Positions 21,114 to 32,500 of a DNA stretch of 64,000 nt are shown here, piece by piece; the stretch's first letter is position 1, and the number at the start of each line of letters is the position of its first letter. Source of the stretch: a virus. The notes under the pieces are model-generated. The model saw nothing but the letters and a program-made list of their open reading frames with translations, ran no database searches and was not told where the DNA came from. Both the position numbers and the translations under genes were made by a program. Location of the stretch: IMG/VR virus record IMGVR_UViG_3300025849_000032, positions 3,129-67,128 of that record; one strand, 5' to 3'.

Positions 21114-23465
21114 ATGGCTTCATTATTAAACTGTTCTTTAACATCAAACTCTGTATCTCAAACGATATTATCTAACTCTGATGATATTCCAAGCTTAGAA
21201 CTAATTATAAAAGCTGATGCAGGATTTGAGTTTATTCTAGGAACTAGCGTAGACAATTTTACTTACACACCAGATCCTAGTCATATAAATAAAATAGCTG
21301 GAGTAGATTTCGAGGACTTCATAGAAGATGACGAAGTTTTTATAAAAGCTATTATAGATATTGTAGATAGTTATACTATAAGTGCTGACGAGAATTTAAC
21401 AATAGACATAGGTGGTAGAGCGGTTGAAATAGTAGTGCTTAAAAACTACCTCGCTGGTTTAGTATTTAATATCGATGGATATGGAGTGGATTATTCTGAT
21501 CTTAGTGAAAAGCCAATACCTAACGTTGGATTCCATTCTCAGTTTATAGGAAATAAATTTAACTTTAGAAACAGGAAAGGTAGTTTCATTAAGTTATCCA
21601 ACTCTCAGTCTGTGGACTTTACAGCTGACATAGTTCTTAACGAATTAGATTGGGACGGTGATGTCAATGAAACAATCGATGTTCTAGTACCTGGGGAAGA
21701 ACCTCCAAATATTGGAAGTTTATTTACTATTAACTCACAGACAGGGGTTATGTATAACAAGTTCCAACTACCAAATGGTGGGTGGAAAGGTAATATGGTG
21801 CTATTAGAAGATACTCAGATTGATCCCGCTCTTTGGAGTGAGTATCAATTTGGTGGCAGCCTGCACACTGAATACGTACAACAAAATAACAACTCTGGCT
21901 CTGGAGGGCAGTTAGCGCTTCCTAATATAACATCACTTCAATTAATGTACCAACAAAGAGATATTTTAGAAGCAGCGGAAGGCTTCACTGCTTTTTTAGA
22001 TGAAGTTTATTGGTCATCAACTGATGGTAGTGGTATAACATTTGCTGACGAAGGTTACTTAGCCGAGGTTTTTGAAGACGATGGAACTGGCTTAGGTAGA
22101 GCTAGACTTATTTTTAGCTTTACAACAGAGGCCACATTCGTAAATCAACAAACCGCAGATAAAGATTTAATAGCTTTTAGAGGATTTCAAGACATTGTAC
22201 CCGGTACGAGCTTAGATGTAGCAGATATAACTTTTTATGCATCGTCTAGGACATTAGGCTTACCTGAAAGTTATTTTGGTGCTTATACATCGGCTCCTGT
22301 TTTAGAGGGTATAGGTGGTTCTGATTCTCAACCGTTCAGTTTAAGCTTGATAAGCGTTACTACTCAAGAAAGTAGTCAGGGGGTTTCATCTACAACACAG
22401 TATAATTACAAGTTAAGATACGAAGCTCCTGAATTCGGTTATGACCAGCCGTTCAACCAAGAGTTGTCTTACGCGGATACTATTTCTTACATGGAAGATC
22501 AAAACGATTCTATAGGTGGTGCTAGCTACGTTGGTATTGTGTCGGGTGATATAACAGCTTATCAAGAGACAGGCAGAGGGGTTTCGTATGTAATCGATGA
22601 TATTGACTTTGGGCTAGATCAATTTAACTTAGGGTCTACAAACATCATACCCGCGGATGGTATAAATTCGGATAACACTAAAGTTGCTATTATCAAAGGT
22701 ACTCCTGGAGCTTCTTTCTCAATATCACTACAAGAAACTAGCGTTGTAGAAAATGTTATAAGTAGATCATTACTGCCAACTAACAGTTTCTTTGGAGGTT
22801 TAATACCTGATATGCCTAGAGGAGTCGTAGTAATACCAGCTAGTGGAGAGTATAAATTTAAACTACCCAACGTTAGTAGTTATTCTGGTTCTGGGTACAA
22901 AGAGTTTGAACTAACTGTTAACGCATTAGGGCGTACTACGATCGGTCTTAGCAATAGGTTTACAAAATCTTTTACTACTAGTCCTAATCAACTTGGATCT
23001 ACATTTGTAACTACTATAAATCAATATGCAAAAGTAGGTATTTCTATAGCAGCAGTTAAACACAGTGGTTCTACTTATGTCTCTAGCTACAATGTATCCG
23101 ATATAACAAGTGTTGGTATACTTGGATCTGCAAAAACAGGTATAGCACTATCTAACGTTATATCTAATAACTTACCTACTGCAAATAGTGATACTCAAGA
23201 GTTTGAAATAAGAATAACTAAGTCTGGTACTTTTAGTATTGCTGATGACTATACTTTCGATTCTTCCAGCTTCGTACCTACTATAGAAAATAATGGAGAT
23301 GTTGTAGTCTTTTCCGACTTGACAGCTGATATAGGTAATGGACCTAGTGACGGTACAAATGACAATGACTATGCTAATATAACAGGTAGAATAACTTATG
23401 AAAAGTTTGGTAAGTATACTCAAACTTACACTGTAGATTTAACTAAAATATTTAAACACGAATAA
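21114..23465 (+). CDS. Putative tail-associated structural protein
   Basis: 783 aa acidic, Ser/Thr/Gly-rich beta-type protein in tail module. Confidence 0.6.
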   Translation: MASLLNCSLTSNSVSQTILSNSDDIPSLELIIKADAGFEFILGTSVDNFTYTPDPSHINKIAGVDFEDFIEDDEVFIKAIIDIVDSYTISADENLTIDIGGRAVEIVVLKNYLAGLVFNIDGYGVDYSDLSEKPIPNVGFHSQFIGNKFNFRNRKGSFIKLSNSQSVDFTADIVLNELDWDGDVNETIDVLVPGEEPPNIGSLFTINSQTGVMYNKFQLPNGGWKGNMVLLEDTQIDPALWSEYQFGGSLHTEYVQQNNNSGSGGQLALPNITSLQLMYQQRDILEAAEGFTAFLDEVYWSSTDGSGITFADEGYLAEVFEDDGTGLGRARLIFSFTTEATFVNQQTADKDLIAFRGFQDIVPGTSLDVADITFYASSRTLGLPESYFGAYTSAPVLEGIGGSDSQPFSLSLISVTTQESSQGVSSTTQYNYKLRYEAPEFGYDQPFNQELSYADTISYMEDQNDSIGGASYVGIVSGDITAYQETGRGVSYVIDDIDFGLDQFNLGSTNIIPADGINSDNTKVAIIKGTPGASFSISLQETSVVENVISRSLLPTNSFFGGLIPDMPRGVVVIPASGEYKFKLPNVSSYSGSGYKEFELTVNALGRTTIGLSNRFTKSFTTSPNQLGSTFVTTINQYAKVGISIAAVKHSGSTYVSSYNVSDITSVGILGSAKTGIALSNVISNNLPTANSDTQEFEIRITKSGTFSIADDYTFDSSSFVPTIENNGDVVVFSDLTADIGNGPSDGTNDNDYANITGRITYEKFGKYTQTYTVDLTKIFKHE

Positions 23466-23466
23466 T

Positions 23467-23826
23467 ATGGCTAGCATAACATTAATTTTTAGTAGTGAAG
23501 TAAATTCCTCTGTACAGGTAGGTGATACGGCTTATTACTGTAAGACGTCTACAGAAGATGGTTTTGAAACAGCTGATAACAATATAACTCTTATAGGTTT
23601 AATAACGTCTATAGATCAAGACACTAATACTATAGTCTGCAACGCGGATCCTTTCACAGCTTCAAGCATTCCAAGTGATAATTCATTCATAATGTTCAGT
23701 AAAGACAACGCTGTTAACATGTCTTCTCCTTTAGGTTATTTTGGGCAAGCTAAATTTGTAAACGACTCTACAATTAAAGGAGAGATATTTGCAACCGCAT
23801 GCGATATAGAGGAGAGCAGTAAATAA
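23467..23826 (+). CDS. Conserved tail-module hypothetical protein
   Basis: NSSVQVGDTAYY ... FIMFSKDN; 1-nt spacing from upstream gene. Confidence 0.65.
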   Translation: MASITLIFSSEVNSSVQVGDTAYYCKTSTEDGFETADNNITLIGLITSIDQDTNTIVCNADPFTASSIPSDNSFIMFSKDNAVNMSSPLGYFGQAKFVNDSTIKGEIFATACDIEESSK

Positions 23827-23850
23827 GATCTGATGACTGTGATTATATTA
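23820..23850 (+). promoter_or_regulatory. Class II promoter candidate
   Basis: TAAAT aagatctgatgac TGTGAttatatta upstream of cupin/ejection genes. Confidence 0.7.
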
Positions 23851-23869
23851 CTAAATCAAATATAATTAT

Positions 23870-24346
23870 ATGCCTAAAAATGAATTGTACAAAGCTGGGA
23901 GCAGAGAAGTAGCTCTAAGTAATAGAGAAAAAATACAGGGATTACAGAATTTACTAGTAGAAAATGCCGATGGAGTTAACATTGTAACTCATCAGAACTC
24001 TGAGATATTTCCATTAGAACATACGTTCGCAGATAGTATCTACATTAGACAAATGACAATGAACAAAGACAGTTTAGTCGTCGGAGCCATACATAATCAT
24101 TTACATGTATGGTTTTTATTGTCTGGGCATATAACTGTAGCGACTGAATACGAAAGCTTAGAATACTTAGCACCATGTTACGTATTAGCTACACCTGGAA
24201 CTAAAAGGGTTATACATGCAAATGAAGATTCAGTGTTTGTAAACGTTCACAAGAACCCAACAAACAATCAAGATATAGAAGAGCTAGAGAGGGAAATCGT
24301 CTCAGCAACATTTGAGGAGTACGAAGAATACATTAATAAAAAATAA
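23870..24346 (+). CDS. Cupin-fold protein
   Basis: HTFADSIYIRQM...VGAIHNHLH...GTKRVIHANEDSVFVNVH. Confidence 0.7.
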   Translation: MPKNELYKAGSREVALSNREKIQGLQNLLVENADGVNIVTHQNSEIFPLEHTFADSIYIRQMTMNKDSLVVGAIHNHLHVWFLLSGHITVATEYESLEYLAPCYVLATPGTKRVIHANEDSVFVNVHKNPTNNQDIEELEREIVSATFEEYEEYINKK

Positions 24347-24352
24347 TAAAGT

Positions 24353-24991
24353 ATGTCGTTTTTAATAGCAGGAGCAGCAGTAGTGAATGCCGGTGTAGGT
24401 ATAGCAAGTGCAATAGGTTCTAGGAAAAAAGAAAAAAGAGCACGTAGACAAGCTGATAAAGCTAGAGCCAGAATGGAAGAGCAGAAGGCAGCTTTTGCTG
24501 ATCTAGATACTAGTAACCCATATTTAAACATGGAGAATACTATGGAGGACTTAACTGTCAACCAGCAACAAGCGCAGTTTGAAGCGCAGCAGTTTCAACA
24601 GTCTCAATCTAATGTACTAGATAGTATGCGAGGTTCCGCTGGAGGAAGCGGAATAGCTAACTTAGCTCAGGCTATGGCTCAACAAGGTCAACTAGCATCA
24701 CAGCGATCATCAGCGAGTATAGGTGCTCAAGAATCTACTAACCAAAGATTAGAAAGGCAAGAGGCTTCACGTATACAAGGTATGGAAAGGCAAGGAGAGG
24801 TTATGTCTAGAAATATGGAAAGAAACAAAGTATCTACACTGCTAGGCATGGAGCAGAGTGCTGTCGCAGGGTATGAAGATCAAGCTGCTGCATACGATGC
24901 AAATAAAATGGCAGGTATTAGCTCAGCAGTTAGTAGTGTCACTGGTAATGTGGACTCTATCGCAGGACTTTTTAAACCTCAAGGGACCTAA
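24353..24991 (+). CDS. Internal virion/DNA-ejection protein (small)
   Basis: Hydrophobic Gly/Ala N-terminus then Gln/Ala-rich helices, like P22 gp7/T7 gp14-type ejection proteins. Confidence 0.6.
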   Translation: MSFLIAGAAVVNAGVGIASAIGSRKKEKRARRQADKARARMEEQKAAFADLDTSNPYLNMENTMEDLTVNQQQAQFEAQQFQQSQSNVLDSMRGSAGGSGIANLAQAMAQQGQLASQRSSASIGAQESTNQRLERQEASRIQGMERQGEVMSRNMERNKVSTLLGMEQSAVAGYEDQAAAYDANKMAGISSAVSSVTGNVDSIAGLFKPQGT

Positions 24992-25018
24992 CTAATAACG
25001 ACTAATTAAATAAAAGAT

Positions 25019-26482
25019 ATGGCAGCAGATTCAACACTAGTACAAGGTGCTTATAACGTTAGCAAATACAGAGGCAGAAGGGCTGATCAAATTACGGCTC
25101 AGATAGGAGCTAACGTAAATGCAGATATAAGAAGGTACAAAGCAAAAAAAGATAAAGAAAAACTTATTAAGCAAGGAGAGTTAGATATATTTAACTCTAA
25201 TGCTACTTCAATACTAGACAATCCAGAGCTAAATTCTGCTACTATTGGCCCTATGGTTGATCAACTAGAGATATATAGAAATCAATTTATAGAAGCGCAA
25301 GAAATGGATGGCGTTGACAGCAGGAAAAGTAAAGCTCTCATAAGTAAAAAACTACAAGAGCTTGAAGGTGATTTTGTTTCATTTAAAGAGAATAGAATTT
25401 CAATTGCAGAAGCTCAAGGAGGTCAATCTACACAACCATCGTGGAGTGAGAGTATAGATGAAGATACTAAAAAGTTCTTAATAGAATATATCAGTCCTGA
25501 TTTTGCAGGCGTTATAGGTCCTGATGGTAGACTCGGAGCCATAGGTCCTAAGGGTGAATGGATTTCCCAGTCAGCTATAGAGAATATTGTTGAAGATAAC
25601 ATTGTAGATTTTCAGTCGAAAAACGCTATTACAGACCTTAGAAACGAAGCTATAAAAGCTGGAAAACAACAGCCTTCTAACGTTCCTTTCGATAGCGAAG
25701 GTGTAAGAAATAGAGTGCAAAATATAATAAAGCAAGGTAACATGAAGTCGATAGTCAACGACCCTATGTTTGGTAACTTACCGTTTAGCGAAGAATTAAA
25801 AGATAACCCAGTATTGATGGGGTTAAAATATTCTGACTTAGGTATTGAGGCTAAAGGTAGTGATGACATCGTAAGCGCTGATGACAATCTATCAGAAGAA
25901 GACAGAAGAGCTGTTGCTGATGCCTTTATAGGTACAGATGACAATCCAGTACTAAACGAAATCCTTGAAGATTATTTTGTTAAGCATATACAAAAGAATT
26001 GGAAAACTCAAAACAACGCGGTTAAAGCAGCAGAGGTGAAAGAGGAACAAGGTAAATTATCAAATCAATCTACTGTTGTTTTTAGAGACTCAGCAGGTAA
26101 TGAAGTTAAGTTCTACGACATGCAAGAGAATGATATTACTAATAGCAGCTTAGTTAAAGGTAATGACTATCTAGACATTGATGGCAACGTTTATAATTAC
26201 GATGGTAAGAGTATGGTACCAAAAATTGTTGGGGACGTAGACGAAGATGGCGTGTATGTTCCTGAAGAAGCAAGTGATAATACTAAAAAGAAAAAGAAAA
26301 GTCTATTAGTAGGTAAAGTCCCAGCTTTCAGGTCTAGATTGAAAAAAGACTTAATGGTTAATTACGACAAGGTAACTGACGAAGAGATAAGCTCTTATTT
26401 AGAAGATACTAAAGATCAACCAACTACTAGCCAATTTAATACTGCCAACTTTCAGCAGTGGTTAAAAAAAAATAGAAAGTAA
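25019..26482 (+). CDS. Internal virion/DNA-ejection protein (medium)
   Basis: 487 aa helical protein between small and giant ejection-like genes. Confidence 0.55.
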   Translation: MAADSTLVQGAYNVSKYRGRRADQITAQIGANVNADIRRYKAKKDKEKLIKQGELDIFNSNATSILDNPELNSATIGPMVDQLEIYRNQFIEAQEMDGVDSRKSKALISKKLQELEGDFVSFKENRISIAEAQGGQSTQPSWSESIDEDTKKFLIEYISPDFAGVIGPDGRLGAIGPKGEWISQSAIENIVEDNIVDFQSKNAITDLRNEAIKAGKQQPSNVPFDSEGVRNRVQNIIKQGNMKSIVNDPMFGNLPFSEELKDNPVLMGLKYSDLGIEAKGSDDIVSADDNLSEEDRRAVADAFIGTDDNPVLNEILEDYFVKHIQKNWKTQNNAVKAAEVKEEQGKLSNQSTVVFRDSAGNEVKFYDMQENDITNSSLVKGNDYLDIDGNVYNYDGKSMVPKIVGDVDEDGVYVPEEASDNTKKKKKSLLVGKVPAFRSRLKKDLMVNYDKVTDEEISSYLEDTKDQPTTSQFNTANFQQWLKKNRK

Positions 26483-26515
26483 AATAATACATAATAACGG
26501 GTAACTAACGAAACA

Positions 26516-29500
26516 GTGATGAAGAAATACAACTTGAATGGCAGGGTCATATCAGTAAGACCTGAGCATGAACAACAATTTTTAGAAAATAATCCTACTG
26601 CGACTCTAGTAGTGGGAAATCAAGGGGACTCCAATCAGAGCGCGAACGTGGAGTCTCAGACATCAGCGCAAAATCCACAACAAGAGAGTACGGAATTAAA
26701 ATCGGTAGATGGTTCTTCGGAGTCACAAGAAGAGCTTAGTTGGAGTGAAGGCTTAATTGAGTTCGCTAAGGGCTTTGCTGACCCTGACGAATACTCTCAA
26801 GCTTATGATTTTATTTCAGAAGTACCAGGTAATATAGTCAACAGTCTAGAAGTAATGTTAGAATCTGTCAACAATGCTATGATGGATGCTAACAAGAGAG
26901 TTGGTGAAGCTACTGGTATGTTTGATGCTTTAGAAAGCTTGAGTGACTATGATAAGGGTTCTACATCTGAACTTATAGATAAAGAGATAATAAAGAGCTA
27001 TAATAACATAGATAAAATAAAGGCCGAAAGAGGTGATACTGGTAAGGGTTTTATAAAAGGTTTGAAGGGTGAGGGATTCGCAGATGTGATCGGTGCTACA
27101 TCATCATTTATAGCTGGTACACTAGAAACTATTATACCAGCTATGCTAACTAGAGGTACGTCTTTATTTCCTCAAATAGTAGCCCCAATGTATACGGAGT
27201 ATAATGCAACTAAGGCGAAAGCTTTGTATGGTGACAACGAAGAGGCTATAGAGAAACTTGTTGAAAATGATGAGTTAGAAATAATGGTACCTTTAGTTCT
27301 AGGTACCGCAGCAGTTGGTTTGGAAAAGGTCGGGTTGGAAGGTATAACTAAGTACGCTTTCGGAAAGAAAACAGCTAGCAATTTAACAATTAAATTACTA
27401 GGTACTATGAGTACTGAAGGTACTACTGAATGGGCTCAGAGTGGTATAGAAAAATTCAGCAGTTCAATTGCAGAGCAGAAAGATATTACACAAGCTTCAG
27501 CTGACGCCTGGGATCACTTGCTTAGTGAGGAAGGAGCCGAGGCTTTTTTATCAGGCTTTATTGGTGCAGGTGGTTCTGCTGCTGGAGGTAGAGCTATAAA
27601 TAGAGCATTCACCAATGACGCTGAATCTTTAAATACACTCAACAATGTAGCTAATGAAATATCTAGCCTAAATGAGAAGAAGCAACTCACTAAAAATAAG
27701 GTAGCAAGAAAAGCGATTCAGACTAGAATAGATGATTTGTCTTCTAAGCTAAAAACGTATGTAGAAAATAATAGAGGCTTAAAGAATTACATAACAGAAG
27801 AACAAAGATCTAGTTTGATAAATTTAATGGAGAATAAAGATGACTTAACTAGTCAAATCTCTGATCTTCAAAAAGAGCTAGATGCTGGTAGAATAACTGG
27901 CAAAGAGTTTGACGACTCCACAAAAGGATTAAGCGACAAAATAAAAAGCATAGACACTAGTATATTTGATATAAAGCAAGAAGCTGTTAAAATTCAGTCA
28001 TCTAAACTTGTTGAAAAGGTAAAAACAAAAATATCAAGCTTAGGTTTAAAAGGTAGTATAGAAGAATTAACATCTAAAGAGATAGAAGACTTAGACTTAG
28101 GATTTGAAAAAACAGAAGATGGTAAATTTGTATTAGATAAAGAAGGTAATAAAATAAAAAACTCTAAGTCCATATCTACAGAGTATGGAGCTATAGTACA
28201 GAACCTTGATGGCAGCTTTAAGATAATAATAAATAAGGATAAACCAGCAATTGGTACAGCCGCTCATGAGTTCTTACATGTTGTATTGGCAAAAACTTTA
28301 GGGGAAAACCAAAGTATTGCAGCTAAAATAGCTAGTGCTTTGAACGAGCATGTTAACACTTTAAAAGGAGATCAATCAGTAATGAGAGATCGATTAGACA
28401 GAGCTTATGGTGATTCTGAATACTATAATGAAGAAACTATAACAGTTATGTCTGAAAGTATACTTGACGGGACATTGAAGTTTGACGATGGATTTTTTAC
28501 TAAAATAGGAGATTTTGTTAGACAATTCCTTCAAGAAAAAGGTTTTAAGGAAATAGAATTAAATACAGGTAAGGATGTATATAATTTTATAAAGGACTTT
28601 AACAAAAGTGTACAATCAGATAAATTTAACAAAGCTTTTGCTGACGTAGCTAAAGAAGGAGTTAAAGGTAGTTTAGCCAAAGAGGGTAGTGTAGCTAAGG
28701 AAGGTGTTAAACCTAAAGCTAATGACACTGATTCTACTATAAAGAAATCTGCTGATGTTAAACCAGAAGTAGACGAGCTAGGTAGTATGGGCTGGACTAA
28801 GGATACTTGGAAGAGTCAAGGTGCCGATTTAGCGATAGCTGAAATGCAAGCTAACAAAATGCTAGATGGTCTTATAGCTGCTAAAATGAAAGGTGGTTTA
28901 AGAGATGGTAGCAATGATATTAAAAAAGACTTTATATCTAAAGTCTATGCAGAGCTTACTTCACATGTTAAGAACTTCGACCCAGAGAGTAACGATAGTT
29001 TATTCGGATGGGTTAACTCACAGATAAGTAACAAGGCAGGTAACGTATATAACAGAGAATATAAAGACAAGTCTCTTGAAAGAGCCGTTGACATAGATGC
29101 TACAACTTCTGAAGGAGCTCCTCTCGTGCAGATAGAAGCCGATACAGATGTTTTAATGGAAGCTATTGATGAAATAGGTTTAGATGAAACAGAAGTTGAA
29201 GAGAGGTCACGATTACGACGTGATATAAGATTAGATGGTAAGATGATGCAGACGGTTCGTAATGCTGTTATCAAAACGTTTGGTACTAAGTTACCTAACG
29301 TAGACTCTAAGAAATTTAGAACTGCATTAGAGAAAGCATTTAGAACTGAACTTAAAAAACCTTTACAAGATTTAATGGGTGGTAGATCTGAGTATGATTT
29401 ATTCCTACGTAACCATGCTAAAGCTATAATCAAAGCTTTTCCAGTGGAGACTCTAGTTCAAATGGAGCGTAACTTAAAACCTGAGCAGAGAATATTCACA

Positions 29501-32500
29501 GAGTCTAGACGTATTACTAAGCCAACTGAGGTTGATGAATTAATAAGTGAAGGTAAATTACCTAAGGATACTAATAGAACTTCTGGTCCTCAATTACACA
29601 CTAAGAAATCTTTTCCTGGTGTAGAAAAAGTAATGGCTTACTTTAGAGGTAAGGACATGGAGACTGTTCTTGGTTATAAGGTTGGAGCATCGACATTAGG
29701 GACTAGAAAAGATAAACTGGCAATGGAGCTTGGCGTTGAGCTTGCTTTTGATGCTACAGCTGAGACTATACAAAATCCTGAGGTTGCTGAGAAAAGACAG
29801 ATGATACTTGAGCTTCAAGGCATAGAGCAATTAGAAAATGAGCTAGCTGTTATTGGCAAGCAAATAGATAGAGATCCTAGTATTAAGTTTAGTAAGAAAG
29901 GTAATATAGCTAAAGACTTTTACGGTGACGTTATGGATGGTGGTATGACTGAAAACTCTGTAAGAGTAGCAGCTAACAAACATTATCCAGATAGTAATAA
30001 ATCTGCTTTAAATAAAATAGTAAAACAAACGTTAAAGAAGGTTGGTATTGTAATAGAACGTGACGAAGTCCTACAAGGTAAACTAAAAGAGATAAGCGGT
30101 AAAACCAAGGTAGATGTACTATTAGAGATTGACGCTCAAGATAATTTTAAGAAGGGTGTTAAAAATGCTTTAAGAGGATTACTTGAAGCTGAGAGTAATG
30201 GTAAGGCTATAGACCCTGGTACTCTAGCTAATACTGTAAAAGGATTGAATGCCCAAAGAAACCACTTAGTTAATGTGGTAGGAAGCCTAGTAGAAACAGA
30301 AGGTTTAGTTAAAGGTGTTGAAGTTGTTATAGCTCACACTCAGGCAATGTATGCTGGTGCTGGTAAAGCAGGAGACGGTGGACTTATGCCTCACAAACCT
30401 GGTGGGCAGATAATACCAACACCTAATTGGAACGGTGATAACGGACTTAAATGGAAAGTTTATACCCAAGCTGATGTGAATGCAGGAAGAGTACCTAAAG
30501 GTAAAAAGATAGGTGACTTTAAGTTAGACAGTAAAGGGAGAAAAATATCTAGAGATAACAGACAGCAGGCTACTAATGGTGTTGAGGATTTTGTAGCGTT
30601 AATAAATCAAGGTTTACCTAAGGGTACTATACTTACCAACCCTAGTAAAGGTAAGTTTGTTTTAACTGATGCTAAGACTGGGGTTAAAACAGACTTGAAT
30701 ACTAGTTTGCATGGAGAATCTTCGGCTTCTCTTTTTTCTGATATGAAAAGAAAAGGTGTTAAGCAGACATTTAAAGATAGAAAGCAAGCATCATTGGATG
30801 CTAGAAAAGTAACTAAAGTAGTACTAGACTTAGCTTGGAGTAAAATAAATAAAGGTGAAATGACAGCTGGAGACTTTGGCTTACTAGTCATGAGTATTGG
30901 TTCGTCTATGAATTCACCACTAAGAAGATCCGCTTACGCCGACAGGGTTCCTTCTAACTACAAACAACTAATTGCGAAGTACGGACCTAAAGCTGTAGGT
31001 AAACTTTTCCAATATGAACATGGAACACCTAAGGAAGCTGTAGCTACTAAGATAATACAGTCCTACCTTGATACAGGTAAGATGAGTGATAAAGTTTGGG
31101 ATAATTACACAGTACAGGTAATACATAAAGCGCTTGATAGAATAATAGATGCATCAGGACATAAATATACTGAAAGAATTGATGGTCAACCTAGAGCTTT
31201 CAATGCTCAGACTATAGCATTAGCAGTAGACTTGAGCAGCAAAGATTTTAATGAGTTGGCCCCTCTTGAAAGTTTAGATCCTAGCGATACTGAGGTTATG
31301 GGTAAGAACTGGTTGGAGGTTGTTGACTTGCTTAGAAATAAAGTAGAGTTATCTCCTAACGTTTTATCTAGAGCTGGTAAAGGTGCTAGAACTATGAAGT
31401 GGTCTAAGGATGCTGGAACTAAAGGTATGTCTACGTTTGACTTTGACGAGACTTTAATTATAGATGGTGAGAACTTTATAACAGCCACTGATCCTGTAAC
31501 TGGTAAAGAGCTTAAGCTTAGTAGTGGTGAGTGGCCTATTAAAGGACCTGGTCTTGCTGCTGACGGTTTTACGTTTGACTTCTCTGACTTTGTTAATGTT
31601 AGAGGTGGGACAGACGGGCCACTGCTTCAAAAGATGAAGAATCAAGTAAAGAAATACGGTAATAAAAATGTCTTTGTTCTTACAGCTCGTATGCAAGATG
31701 CAGCTGGACCTATACACGGTTGGTTAAAGAGTAAAGGTGTTGATATACCTTTTAAAAATATCACTGGTCTAGGCGATGGTAGAGGTGAAGCTAAGGCTGA
31801 ATGGATGCTAGATAAGTTCGCAGAAGGTTACAACGACATGTACTTTGTAGATGATGCAATGCCTAACGTAGATGCAGTTAAAAAAGTGTTAGATCAATTA
31901 GACATAAAATCTAAAGTAGTTCAAGCTAAAATTAAGTTTAGTAAAGATGCTAGCAAGGACTTTAATGATATGCTCGAAAGAAATAAAGGTGTTGCATCTA
32001 GCGATGTAGTATCCGCTGCTAGAGCTAAGATACGTGGTAAACAAGTTAGAGGCACTTTCTTTGTACCACCTTCGGCTGAAGATTTTAAAGGACTTATATA
32101 TAGCTTCTTAGGTAAGGGTAAGCAAGGTGACCAAGACTTGAGATGGTTTAAAGAAAACCTTTTCGACCCTTTCTCTAAAGCTACAAGAGAAATGGACTCA
32201 GTAAAACAGAAGATGACTGAGGAGTATAACGCTATAAAGAAGGCTTTTCCAGATACTATAAAAGGTTTATCTAAGAAAATAGCAGGTACGGACTTTACTT
32301 TAGATAATGCTATAAGAGTTTACTTATGGAACGAAGCTGGTATAGAGGTTCCTGGGTTGTCTGAAAAAGAAGTTAACGCATTGTGGAGTTCTGTTAAAGC
32401 AGACCCTAAAAGTGAGGCTTTCGCTCAAGCACTTAGTGCTATGTCTAGACAGGCCGATGGTTACTTATCTCCTAATAATCATTGGACAGCTGAGACTATA

